Shown here piece by piece: positions 45,712-56,000 of a stretch of 64,000 nt of DNA (position 1 is the first letter of the stretch; every line of letters starts with the position of its first letter). A program made the translations under genes and the position numbers. Under the pieces are notes generated by a model. The model made no database searches. It saw only the letters and a list, made by a program, of their open reading frames with translations, and was not told the DNA's origin. Source of the stretch: a virus (taxonomy: Duplodnaviria > Caudoviricetes); IMG/VR virus record IMGVR_UViG_3300035501_000527, positions 1,583-65,582 of that record; one strand, 5' to 3'.

Positions 45712-45789
45712 ACTATATATAGTGGCTTATATAGATAATACATACAATATATTGATTAAAAATGGGGATAGAATAGCTGTTTTATCGGG
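45712..45789 (+). repeat. Composite site D
   Basis: ACTATATATAGT-N20-ACAATATATTGA-N12-ATAGAA-N6-TTTTAT. Confidence 0.8.
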
Positions 45790-45923
45790 ATAAATTTTAC
45801 ATAGAGTTATTTTATGTTCCAGTCGAAAGACTGTTTATCATATTTTGATTTTTGTTGGTTTAGTTATTTATTATTTTATATTTTACATTAAAATTTTTTA
45901 TTTACAAGGAGGACATTTATTTA

Positions 45924-46805
45924 ATGGCAGAAACAAATTTGAGACAGGCAAACGCAAAGGCATTTGTGCATGGTATTGTCAGCGAAAAGAATTTAAAGGT
46001 TGTAACAGAGGAAGGAAAAAATAAGATTACTGGTCATTTGACTGTAAAGACTTCTGATGTGAACTTTGTTAAGTTCAATGTCAATGTTAATGAAAAAACA
46101 AATGCTGGTACGGATAATAAGACCTATGCTGGTATTCAGACAGTAATGAATGAATACAAGTCTATTGCTGAAGTGGGCGAAGATGAAGCTACAAGAGTTA
46201 AGGTAAGTGGAGATATTAGTCCTTTTACTGGTAAGAATGGTGAAAAGATTGTTTCTTACAAGAGTAATTTCTTTAACAGATTAAAGGCTGATGAGGAATT
46301 AGAAGCAAAAGCTGAGTTCTCAATCGAGTTATTTATTTCTGGTATCAACCCTGAACTTGATACAGAAGGTGTAGAAACAGGTAGAACAATCGTTAGTGGT
46401 TGGATGCCAACATATAACGGTATTGAACCGGTTGATTTAGTTGCTGAAGGAGAAGTTGCACAGGCTATTGATTCTGGTTTCGAACCAGGACAGACAGTAG
46501 AGTTTTATGGAGATATTATTAACAATAGAATTGAAACTGTTACTGAAATTCCTGTAAAGATTGGCAAGCCAAGAAAGAAGGTTACTGTTGAAATTAAGAA
46601 TGACCTTATTATTACAGGAGCTTCTGAGGCATATGAAGAGGGTATTACACCAGAACTTCCTTACGCAGCAGATACTATTCAGGCTGCTATTCAAGAGAGG
46701 GCAAACAAGCTTGAAGAAGCAAAAGCAAAGGCTCAGAGTGGTGCGAAGACCACTAGCAATGCAAAGCCTAGTGGTGCGGCGCATGGCAGAAGTTTAGGCT
46801 TCTAA
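45924..46805 (+). CDS. Putative single-stranded DNA-binding protein
   Basis: First gene of replication module, beta-rich composition, low-complexity C-terminal tail; positional inference. Confidence 0.55.
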   Translation: MAETNLRQANAKAFVHGIVSEKNLKVVTEEGKNKITGHLTVKTSDVNFVKFNVNVNEKTNAGTDNKTYAGIQTVMNEYKSIAEVGEDEATRVKVSGDISPFTGKNGEKIVSYKSNFFNRLKADEELEAKAEFSIELFISGINPELDTEGVETGRTIVSGWMPTYNGIEPVDLVAEGEVAQAIDSGFEPGQTVEFYGDIINNRIETVTEIPVKIGKPRKKVTVEIKNDLIITGASEAYEEGITPELPYAADTIQAAIQERANKLEEAKAKAQSGAKTTSNAKPSGAAHGRSLGF

Positions 46806-46897
46806 GATAATTGATATATAAGGTACAAATGAAACAGTATGAAAATAAGTACCGTTTTTAACATTAGAAAATACATAAATTGGAGGAATTTATTTTA

Positions 46898-47884
46898 ATG
46901 GAATTAGATATTTTTAACCCACAAGTCAGTACAGTCGCAAAAGGTTTAGAGGGCAAGGTTATTTTGGTTTATGGTGGAAACAACTTAGGGAAGACTAAAC
47001 AGGCTACACGTATGAAAAAACCGTTCTATCTTCCGTTTGAAGCTGGTTTGAATGCAATTCCAGGTGTTCCATTTTGTCCGATTACTAAGTGGTCTGACTT
47101 TATTAAGATTAATAAGCAGTTGACTGATCCTGCAACAGTAGAAAAGGCAAGAGAAATGTATTCTACTATTATTTTTGATGAGATTGAAGCAGCCGCTAAT
47201 TATTGTCAGGAATTCATCTGCCAAAAGTATAAAGCACCTTCTATTGGAGAAGGAAATGGTGGATACGGACTTTGGAAAGAGTATGAAACAGAATTTTGGA
47301 AACAGATTAATAAGTTGGTAGGTGCTGGATATTGCTGCTACTTTATTGCACATGCACAGGAGAAAGAAGGTTTTATTTCACCAAAGGCTGATAAGAGAGC
47401 ATTATCGCCTATTATTAATAATACAGATTTATGTGTGTATGTTCGTTCAAATGGTGTAGATAAGGATGGTAAGGTTGTAAAATCTTCTGGATATTTAGCA
47501 CAGACTGATGAGTTTTTTGCTCGTTCTCGTTTTGATTATCTCCCTACAACATATATTGAAGAATTTACAGCGGAAGCACTTGAAGATGTGATTGTAAAGG
47601 CGATTGAAATCCAGGAGAGAGAAGAAGGAATTACAGCAGTTACTTTTGCAGAGCAGAAAGCGCAGAGAACAGTTGCAACTAAGTCCTATGACGATTTAAT
47701 GGATGACTTGCAGAAGCTAGGTGAGAAGTTGGCTGATAACGGTTATCTTGAAGATTTGCAGTCTATTGTTGCCAATCAGCTTGGAGAAGGAAAGAAAGCA
47801 AGTGACCTCAAGAAAGGTCAGGAACAGCTTATTGAAGCTATTATCTATGACATTGAGAGTTTTATTGAGGAGAACAACTTATAA
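46898..47884 (+). CDS. AAA ATPase (AAA_24 / Sak4-like)
   Basis: YGGNNLGKT, IIFDE; GGAGG RBS favours ATG 46898. Confidence 0.8.
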   Translation: MELDIFNPQVSTVAKGLEGKVILVYGGNNLGKTKQATRMKKPFYLPFEAGLNAIPGVPFCPITKWSDFIKINKQLTDPATVEKAREMYSTIIFDEIEAAANYCQEFICQKYKAPSIGEGNGGYGLWKEYETEFWKQINKLVGAGYCCYFIAHAQEKEGFISPKADKRALSPIINNTDLCVYVRSNGVDKDGKVVKSSGYLAQTDEFFARSRFDYLPTTYIEEFTAEALEDVIVKAIEIQEREEGITAVTFAEQKAQRTVATKSYDDLMDDLQKLGEKLADNGYLEDLQSIVANQLGEGKKASDLKKGQEQLIEAIIYDIESFIEENNL

Positions 47885-47895
47885 GAGGTTTGTGA

Positions 47896-48486
47896 ATGGC
47901 TCGACAAAGAAAATGCGTAATATGCAATGAGCTGATTGTGGATGAGCAAGGCGTTCCATACAAAGAACGCTATGCTCATCAAAAATGTTTCAATATTGCA
48001 ATGAAGACATTGCAGAAAGATAAAAATAAACAAATAGATAAAGTGGCTGAAAAAAAGAAAGTAGGCAGGAAAGCAAAACCAAAGGCTGAATTAAAAGAAG
48101 CACTTTCAGAAGAAGATTATAAAGAGAAACAACAGTATTATCAGTATTTAAGACAGATAATTGAAGAAAATGAATTAAGTGCAAAAGTATATGCGTTGAC
48201 AGAAGATTGTATAAAGCGTTATGCGTTTACTTACAAATCCATGTATCAGACTTTGGTTTATTTGCATGAAATTATAGAAAAAGATTTAACAGGTGATGTG
48301 GTTGGTATTATTCCGTATTATTACAGTGAGGCAATGCAATACTATGACAGTATAAATAAAGTGGCAGAACTTAATGAAAATGTTGATATCTCAAATATGT
48401 ATAAAGAAAAAACCATTGTGATCCAACCCAAAAGAAGAAAGATAAAACAGATTGATATTGAGTCAATCGGGAAAGGGGTGGATTGA
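47896..48486 (+). CDS. Replication-module protein with N-terminal Zn finger
   Basis: CVIC...HQKC; sits before helicase as in SPbeta-like phages. Confidence 0.7.
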   Translation: MARQRKCVICNELIVDEQGVPYKERYAHQKCFNIAMKTLQKDKNKQIDKVAEKKKVGRKAKPKAELKEALSEEDYKEKQQYYQYLRQIIEENELSAKVYALTEDCIKRYAFTYKSMYQTLVYLHEIIEKDLTGDVVGIIPYYYSEAMQYYDSINKVAELNENVDISNMYKEKTIVIQPKRRKIKQIDIESIGKGVD

Positions 48487-50111
48487 TGGCTCATGAAGGA
48501 CTTGTAGATAAGAGAGCATATCTAAATACCATAGGATGTTTACTACAAGATTCATCATTAATAGATGATATAGATAGACCATTAGATAGAACGGATTTTA
48601 ATACAGAAAATTTTTATGAATTACTTTTTGTAGCGATTTACAATCTCCATATGCAAGGTTGCACCACGATTGACGAATTTAGCATAGATTCTTATTTGAG
48701 CAATTATAAAGAACAATATTCTATTTTCCAAGAAAATCAAGGAATTGAATATCTTACCAATGCCAGAGAAATGGCGACCCTTGAAAATTATGAATATTAC
48801 TATCATAGGTTGAGGAAATATTCTTTGCTTAGATATTATGAAAAGCAAGGATTAGACACTCGATTTATCTATGATAGTACGATTGCTGATACTTCAAAAA
48901 TGGAAACAGAACAAATTAAATTTGATAACTATACGGAACAAGACATTATTGAAATGGTTGAAACTACATTTGTTATCAATCCTAATATGAAGTATTGCAC
49001 CAATACATTAAGTACAGATGTACAAGCTGGCGATGGTATGACGGATTTGGTCAATGAATTGATGGAAGTTCCTGATGTCGGCTTGGCTTTGAACAATGAA
49101 GGACTTAATACAGTATCAAGAGGTGCGAGATTAGGATGTCTGTTTATGCGTTCATGCCCGCAGGGGGGAGGTAAGACCCGTATGGCGGCTGGAGACGCAT
49201 GTAAAATTGCAGTTCCTTATTTTTATGATACGGTTACAAATCAATATATTTATACAGGAAATTGTGAACCTACTACTATATTTTCAACAGAGATGCCGGT
49301 AGATGAAATTCAAACACTGCTTATTGCTGCTGTTAGTAAAGTAAATGAGGAGCATATATTGTATGGTGCTTATGAAAAAGGCGAACTTGAAAGAGTTCAA
49401 CAAGCAATTTCTTACATAGAGTCAAGTCCACTATATATAGTTCATATTCCAGATTTTTCAATAGAGGACATAAAAAATCAAATCAAAAAGTATAATAGAG
49501 AATTTTCAGTACGATATTTTTTCTTCGATTATATTCATACTTCTTTAAGACTAATGGCAGAAGTAAACAGTAAATCTGGAATGGGATTAAAAGAGCACCA
49601 ATTATTATTAGTGTTTGCCACAGAATTAAAAACCATAGCACAGCAGTTGGATGTATTTATTTATACAGCTTCTCAGTTGAATGGGGAGGCACAAAACGCA
49701 TTATACAAAGACCAAAATTTATTAGCTGGCTCAAAAGCATTGGCAAATAAATTAGATATGGGTGTTATATCTATGGCTCCTACAAAAGCAGAAAAGAAAA
49801 AAATTGAAACGGTATTACATAAAATGGTAAATATGCCTGTTCCTAATATGTGTCATTGGGTATACAAAGTAAGACGAGGAAGATTAACACGAATTATTAT
49901 TTGGACAAAGATTGATTTGGGTACTATGACTGAACAATGTCTTTTTGTTACTAATTATGATTTTGAGTTAATAGATATGGATTTCACTAAGATAGAACAG
50001 GTAGAAGAAAAAATAAAAGAGCATTCTGTTTTATTGTCTCAAGTACCAGACAATCCTTCAGAAGAAATAGAAGAAGAACCAACTGATAAAAAGAGTTGGG
50101 GAAATTGGTAA
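48483..50111 (+). CDS. DnaB-like replicative helicase
   Basis: PQGGGKT Walker A, FSTEM, FFDY, ASQLN motifs. Confidence 0.88.
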   Translation: MMAHEGLVDKRAYLNTIGCLLQDSSLIDDIDRPLDRTDFNTENFYELLFVAIYNLHMQGCTTIDEFSIDSYLSNYKEQYSIFQENQGIEYLTNAREMATLENYEYYYHRLRKYSLLRYYEKQGLDTRFIYDSTIADTSKMETEQIKFDNYTEQDIIEMVETTFVINPNMKYCTNTLSTDVQAGDGMTDLVNELMEVPDVGLALNNEGLNTVSRGARLGCLFMRSCPQGGGKTRMAAGDACKIAVPYFYDTVTNQYIYTGNCEPTTIFSTEMPVDEIQTLLIAAVSKVNEEHILYGAYEKGELERVQQAISYIESSPLYIVHIPDFSIEDIKNQIKKYNREFSVRYFFFDYIHTSLRLMAEVNSKSGMGLKEHQLLLVFATELKTIAQQLDVFIYTASQLNGEAQNALYKDQNLLAGSKALANKLDMGVISMAPTKAEKKKIETVLHKMVNMPVPNMCHWVYKVRRGRLTRIIIWTKIDLGTMTEQCLFVTNYDFELIDMDFTKIEQVEEKIKEHSVLLSQVPDNPSEEIEEEPTDKKSWGNW

Positions 50112-50124
50112 GTGAGGTGAAGAT

Positions 50125-51291
50125 ATGTATTTAGATAAAGATGCAATCTTAAACTCACTTACTAAAGACGATGTGATAAAAATTGTTACAAGTTTAGGTT
50201 CTAGTTACCCTAAAACAGATAGTAATGGAGACTTAATATTCCAATCTGTTTGTCACGGCTCAGATTCGTGGAAATTGTATTACTATCACGAACCAAACGA
50301 AGAAAAAGATTATAAAGGTAGGACTTTCCATTGTTATTCTGGGTGCTCGGATAGTTTTAACATTGTGGAATTGGTTATTAGAGCCAATCGTGTTAAAGGT
50401 AGGACACTAACATGGTATAAAGCACTAAAATATATAGGTGAATTAACTAATAAATTAGCAACAACAAGTGCAGAAGAAGTAGCAAAAGAAAAAAATCGTA
50501 TTAATGATTTTGAATGGATAAATCGTTTGAAATCTGTAAAAAAGAATAAAAAAGAAGTTCCCACTCTATCGGAAATCAATGAAAATATTTTAGAAACTTT
50601 TTATTATGCACCACATGAAGACTGGTTAAAAGATAATATTTCTCGTGAAGCGTTAAGTAGATATGAGATTGGATATTATGGGCTAACTAATCAAATTGTT
50701 ATCCCACATAGAGATAAAGATAATCGTTTAATTGGTATCAGAGGTCGTTACCTTGATGAGAGTGATATTGAAAGAGTGGGGAAATATGTTCCTTTGCAAA
50801 TTAATGGTAAATTTTTAAGCCACCAATTAGGTTCTAATTTATATGGCATAAACGTCACACAAGACAAAATAAAAAGCATTAGAAAAGTAATGATATTGGA
50901 ATCAGAAAAAGGTTGTATGCAGAATTATTCTTACTTTGGTGATGATTCTTTTGCTGTTGCTACTTGTGGTAGCAATATCACTCTAACCCAACAAAAATTA
51001 TTGTTACATTATCTAAAGTGTGAAGAAGTAATTCTGGCATTTGATAGAGAATATCATGAAGCGCAATCTTTTGAAGCTGAAATTTATTATAACAAATTAG
51101 TTAAAAAAGTAGCCAATATTGTTCCATATTGTAAGGTGTGTTTGCTTTTGGATAGTGAAAAAAGGTTGCCATACAAGGCTAGTCCTACCGATATGGGGAA
51201 AGAAACTTTATTAGAATTACTAGATGAAAAAATTGTTATTACAATGGACGAAGTAAATAGAGTGTTAAAAGAAACGAAAAAGGAGAAATAG
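50125..51291 (+). CDS. DNA primase
   Basis: CH..HCYSGC Zn motif, IPH, NLYG, ESEKG, FDRE TOPRIM. Confidence 0.88.
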   Translation: MYLDKDAILNSLTKDDVIKIVTSLGSSYPKTDSNGDLIFQSVCHGSDSWKLYYYHEPNEEKDYKGRTFHCYSGCSDSFNIVELVIRANRVKGRTLTWYKALKYIGELTNKLATTSAEEVAKEKNRINDFEWINRLKSVKKNKKEVPTLSEINENILETFYYAPHEDWLKDNISREALSRYEIGYYGLTNQIVIPHRDKDNRLIGIRGRYLDESDIERVGKYVPLQINGKFLSHQLGSNLYGINVTQDKIKSIRKVMILESEKGCMQNYSYFGDDSFAVATCGSNITLTQQKLLLHYLKCEEVILAFDREYHEAQSFEAEIYYNKLVKKVANIVPYCKVCLLLDSEKRLPYKASPTDMGKETLLELLDEKIVITMDEVNRVLKETKKEK

Positions 51292-52263
51292 TTGCAGGAA
51301 TTATTAGACAGAATTAGGTCTGTCACAGAGGACGATCAAGAGCTTCCTGTATTTTCATATAGTAAGTTAGAAGTCTTTAAAAATTGTCCTTTGCAGTACA
51401 GATATAAATATATTGAGAAGAAGTATTCACAAGATACTTCTATTGCTTTGGAATTAGGAAGTCTTTGCCATTACATCCTTGAACAGAAGGGTAAAGCATT
51501 GGCGAATGGCGAAACAGTAGATTATAACAAGTTGAATGATTTACTAATGAATGGTGTAAAAGAAACAAATGAAAAAACGAAAGAAGAATTGTTAGGAGTA
51601 AATCAATTAAAACGTAAATACTTTGAGGTATGGCACGAACCAGACAATGCGAGTGGTGCTACATACGATGAAAAAATTAAATTGTTCGCTCAGGTCTTAC
51701 ATGAAGAAATGGAAGACACAGATTGGATTCCTACATATTTTGAAAGACCGTTTGAATTTGTTTGGGATAATAAAGTAATTTTAAAAGGTTTTATAGACAG
51801 AATTGATGTAAAAGATGGTCAATATAAAACGGTAGACTATAAGACTTCCAAAAAGATCTATGAACAGAACAAGTTGTCTACTTCGTTACAGTTTGGAATT
51901 TACGCTTTAGCAATACTTAATGATTTTGGTACATTGCCGGTTGAATCGGAATATAGGTTTATTTTAATTGATAACAAACAATATGCCCTTACAAAAGGTT
52001 GGGAGAAAAGATTAATTAAAGCATTGGATAAGTTGTTTGGTGAAATTAAGGCGAGCGAAGAGAAAAAGGTATTTATTCCAAAAGCTACACCACTTTGCTT
52101 TTGGTGTTCGTATTGTCAAACAAATCCAGAAGCAACAATTTATAGAAACGAATGTGAATATTTTTCTAAGTGGACACCAACACAAAAGACTTTTGAAGTA
52201 AATAAAAAGTGGAATGCTTTAGAGAATATAAATACAGCACCTAAAAGAAAGTTGGTATTTTAA
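51292..52263 (+). CDS. PD-(D/E)XK RecB-like exonuclease
   Basis: FSYSK..CP, GFIDRID..DYKTS, Q..IY, CFWC..C. Confidence 0.88.
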   Translation: MQELLDRIRSVTEDDQELPVFSYSKLEVFKNCPLQYRYKYIEKKYSQDTSIALELGSLCHYILEQKGKALANGETVDYNKLNDLLMNGVKETNEKTKEELLGVNQLKRKYFEVWHEPDNASGATYDEKIKLFAQVLHEEMEDTDWIPTYFERPFEFVWDNKVILKGFIDRIDVKDGQYKTVDYKTSKKIYEQNKLSTSLQFGIYALAILNDFGTLPVESEYRFILIDNKQYALTKGWEKRLIKALDKLFGEIKASEEKKVFIPKATPLCFWCSYCQTNPEATIYRNECEYFSKWTPTQKTFEVNKKWNALENINTAPKRKLVF

Positions 52264-52994
52264 TGACAGATGAGAGATACAAATTAGTTGAAAGAATTTT
52301 AGACTCAATTGAAAACGAAGATTTAAAAGAATTATGTATAGCAATATTAGATGACTTTCCAGAATATATCTGGCTTGTCCCTGGTAGTTCATCAGGCAAA
52401 TACCATCCCTCAACTGATTTAGGTGAGGGTGGATTAATGAGACATCAGATTGCAGTTGCAAGATTTTGTAACTGGAAATTGGAACTTGAACAGAATCAGA
52501 ATAAATTTGATTCAAGACAGAGAGATTGTTTAAGAATTGCTTGTTTGTGTCACGATGGTCGTAAATCTGGAGAAGAAGATTGCGGGCATACAGTACACGA
52601 ACATCCAAGATTAATGTCGGAAGCAGTAAGAACATTAGTAGAAAAATTTCCAACACATAAAATAGAAATCAATATGATTGCACATTGTATTGACTCACAT
52701 ATGGGGCAGTGGTGCGAGAGTAAAAAATCAGATTTAGTTTTGCCCAAACCTCAGACTGAAATGGAAGAATTCGTCCATGAATGTGATTATTTGGCTTCAC
52801 GGAAAGACATTGAGTTACAATTTGATGATTGGAAGAAACCGGAATTGCCACCATTAGATACATATGTCTTAACTTTTGGAAAGTACAAAGATATGAAATT
52901 AGTTGATGCTGCTGCTAAAGATAGAGGATATATTGATTGGCTAAAAGAGAATTATGGTAGAGAACCAGTTAGAAGTTTATTAAAACTATTGTAA
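52263..52994 (+). CDS. HD-domain phosphohydrolase
   Basis: SSSGKYHP..GLMRH..CHDGRK..HP..SHMG..CDY. Confidence 0.8.
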   Translation: MTDERYKLVERILDSIENEDLKELCIAILDDFPEYIWLVPGSSSGKYHPSTDLGEGGLMRHQIAVARFCNWKLELEQNQNKFDSRQRDCLRIACLCHDGRKSGEEDCGHTVHEHPRLMSEAVRTLVEKFPTHKIEINMIAHCIDSHMGQWCESKKSDLVLPKPQTEMEEFVHECDYLASRKDIELQFDDWKKPELPPLDTYVLTFGKYKDMKLVDAAAKDRGYIDWLKENYGREPVRSLLKLL

Positions 52995-53005
52995 GGAGGA
53001 AACGA

Positions 53006-56000
53006 GTGAGTTTTTTTGGAGTACATAACCATAGTGCCGAAGGAAGTAATTTACGTTTAAGAGATTCCATAAATAAAATACCAGAAATGATTGAATATGC
53101 TCACTCATTAGGTCATTCTGGTATTTGTTTTACAGAACATGAATCAATTACTTCATCATTAGATGCATTAAAATACTATGACAGTAAAAAAGATTCGGAA
53201 GATTGGAAAGATTTTAAAGTAGTTCTTGGCAATGAAATTTATCTTTGTACGGAAGAAGTAACAGCAGAGAATAAATTTAATAATCGTTATCCTCATTTTA
53301 TTTTAGTAGCTCTTAATGCTAATGGTCATAAAGGTATTAGAGAATTAAGTACAAAAGCATGGATTCAAAACTCTTTTATGCACGTTATGATGAGAGTTCC
53401 TACTTATTATAGTGATCTTGAAGAAATGATGATTAGTTACAAGGGGGATATTGTTGGTTCATCAGCCTGTATAGGTGGTGCTCTCCCCCATAGATTATTG
53501 CAGTTTCAAGATTTAGAGCAGAGTAATCCTAAAGAATACGAGAAAATTTGGCAGTCTTGTAAAGATTGGATTGCTTATATGAATGAGATTTTTGGAAAAG
53601 GATATTTCTTTTTAGAGTTGCAACCTTCCCATATGGGAGAACAAATTTATGTAAATCATAAATTAATACAGCTTTCACAAGAGACGGATACACCATATAT
53701 TATCACTACAGATTCACACTATCTAAAGAAAGAAGATAGAGAAATACATAAAATATTTTTGGAATCACAAGATGGTGACAGAGAAGTTGATGATTTTTAT
53801 TCAACCACTTATATCATGAGTGAAACAGAAATTCATGAATACATGGATGAATATTATGGTTATGATGTTGTGCAAAAAGGGTTGGATAATACAATGCTTA
53901 TTTATGAAAAAGCAGAGTATTACAAGCTGACTAAGGATTTGGATATTCCATATATTCCCCTTAATACAAATGAACCGAATAAGCAGCTTTATGAAAAGTA
54001 TAAAGATAAAATTTTACTACTGAAGGATTTTTATGAATCAGAATATGACAGTGACAGGCATTTAGTGAGAGATATTGTCGCTTATATTGATACTGATGAA
54101 TATTATCGTACAGAAGAAGCTTATGAAAAAATCAATGAATGTTTACATTATATAAAAGATTCATCTGAAAAAATGAAAGTTCGTTGGTCTAAATATCTTT
54201 TGCAGATTGCAATAGATGTACAGATTGCATGGAATGCTGGAACATTAGTGGGCGCAGGTCGTGGTTCAGGTGTAGGATTTTGTTTGTTGAACATCCTTGG
54301 TATCACACAAATCAATCCTTTAAGAGAAAAAACAAAGACATATCCATGGAGATTTTTGAATCCAGAACGAGCCTCTGTGTTAGATATTGATATTGATATA
54401 TGTGGTTCAAAGCGTGAAACAGTTATTCAAGCAATGAAAGACACATATGGAGAAGATAGAGTTAGTAAAGTAATGACATTATCTACGGAAAAAAGTAGAA
54501 GTGCTATTTTAACGGCAGCTCGTGGTTTGAAAATTGACAATGATATTGCACAGTATATCAGTTCATTGATTGTGGCTGATAGAGGGCAGTTAAGAACTTT
54601 GTCACAAATGTATTATGGAGATGATGACAATCCACCAGTTAAAGAGTTTGTAACAGAAATGGATAAATATCCTCAACTATGGGAAGCTGCACAAAAAATA
54701 GAAGGCTTAGTAAATGGTGTTGGTTCACATGCTGGTGGAATTATTTTAGTAGATAAACCTTTTACTGATACAACGGCTTTAATGAAAACAAATTCTGGTG
54801 ATATTATTACCCAGTTTGACCTTCATATGTGTGAAGATTGTTCGCTTATTAAAGTAGATCTTCTTTGTATAGATGCATTAGATAAGATGCAAGCGGAATT
54901 AGATTTGTTGTTAGAGAACGGATTAATTGAATGGCAAGGCTCTTTAAAAGACACTTATGAAAAATACATTGGTGTCTATACGCTTGAAAGAGAAGCAAAA
55001 GATATGTGGGAAATGCTGTGGAATCACAAAGTAATGTCTTTCTTCCAGATGGAAAAAGAAAGTGGCGTACAAGCAGTAGCCTTGGCTAAACCGGCTTCTG
55101 TTGATGAATTGGCAACAATTAACTCTGTATTGCGATTAATGGCACAGGAAAAAGGAGCAGAAACGCCATTACAAAAGTATGCAAGATTCAGAGAAAATAT
55201 TCAGTATTGGTATGATGAGATGACTGAATATGGATTAACACAAGAAGAACAGGATATTTTAAAAGACATTATAGGTGTTTCTTATGGGATATGTGAAGCA
55301 CAGGAGTATTTGGTACTACTCACACAACATCCTAAGATTGGTGGTTTTTCGTTAGCTTGGGGCGACAGACTGCGTAAAGCAGTAGCGAAGAAAAAACCAA
55401 AAGAGTTTTTGCAATTACAAGAAGAATTTTTTGCTAATGCAAAAGAGAAGAATCTATCAAAGAATTTAACAAATTATGTTTGGAATGTACTTATTTGTAC
55501 GCAGCGTGGATATGGTTTCAACAAATCTCACACTTTAGCGTACTCCATTATTGGCTTACAAGAATTGAATTTATGCTACAAATACAACCCTATTTACTGG
55601 CAAACTGCAAACTTGATTGTTGATTCCGGTGCAATAGATGAAAATGCTGGTGATTCAACTAATTACGGCAAAATGGCAATAGCAATAGCTTCCGTACAAA
55701 AAGAGAATGTAAAGGTGGAATTACCACTTATCAATACAGCCGAATTTGGATTCAAAGCCGATGTCAACAATAATCGTATTATTTTTGGATTAAAAGGTAT
55801 CAATGGTATTGGAGACGATATCGTGCAAGCCATTGTTCAAAATCGACCATTTACTTCAATAGAAGATTTCGCAGAAAAAATGTTAGATACAAAAATAATC
55901 ACTAATGCAAAAATGGTTCAACTTATAAAAGCTGGTTGTTTTACTGAATTACATTCATCAGATCGAACAGAGACAATGAATTGGTTTTTAAATAAATATG

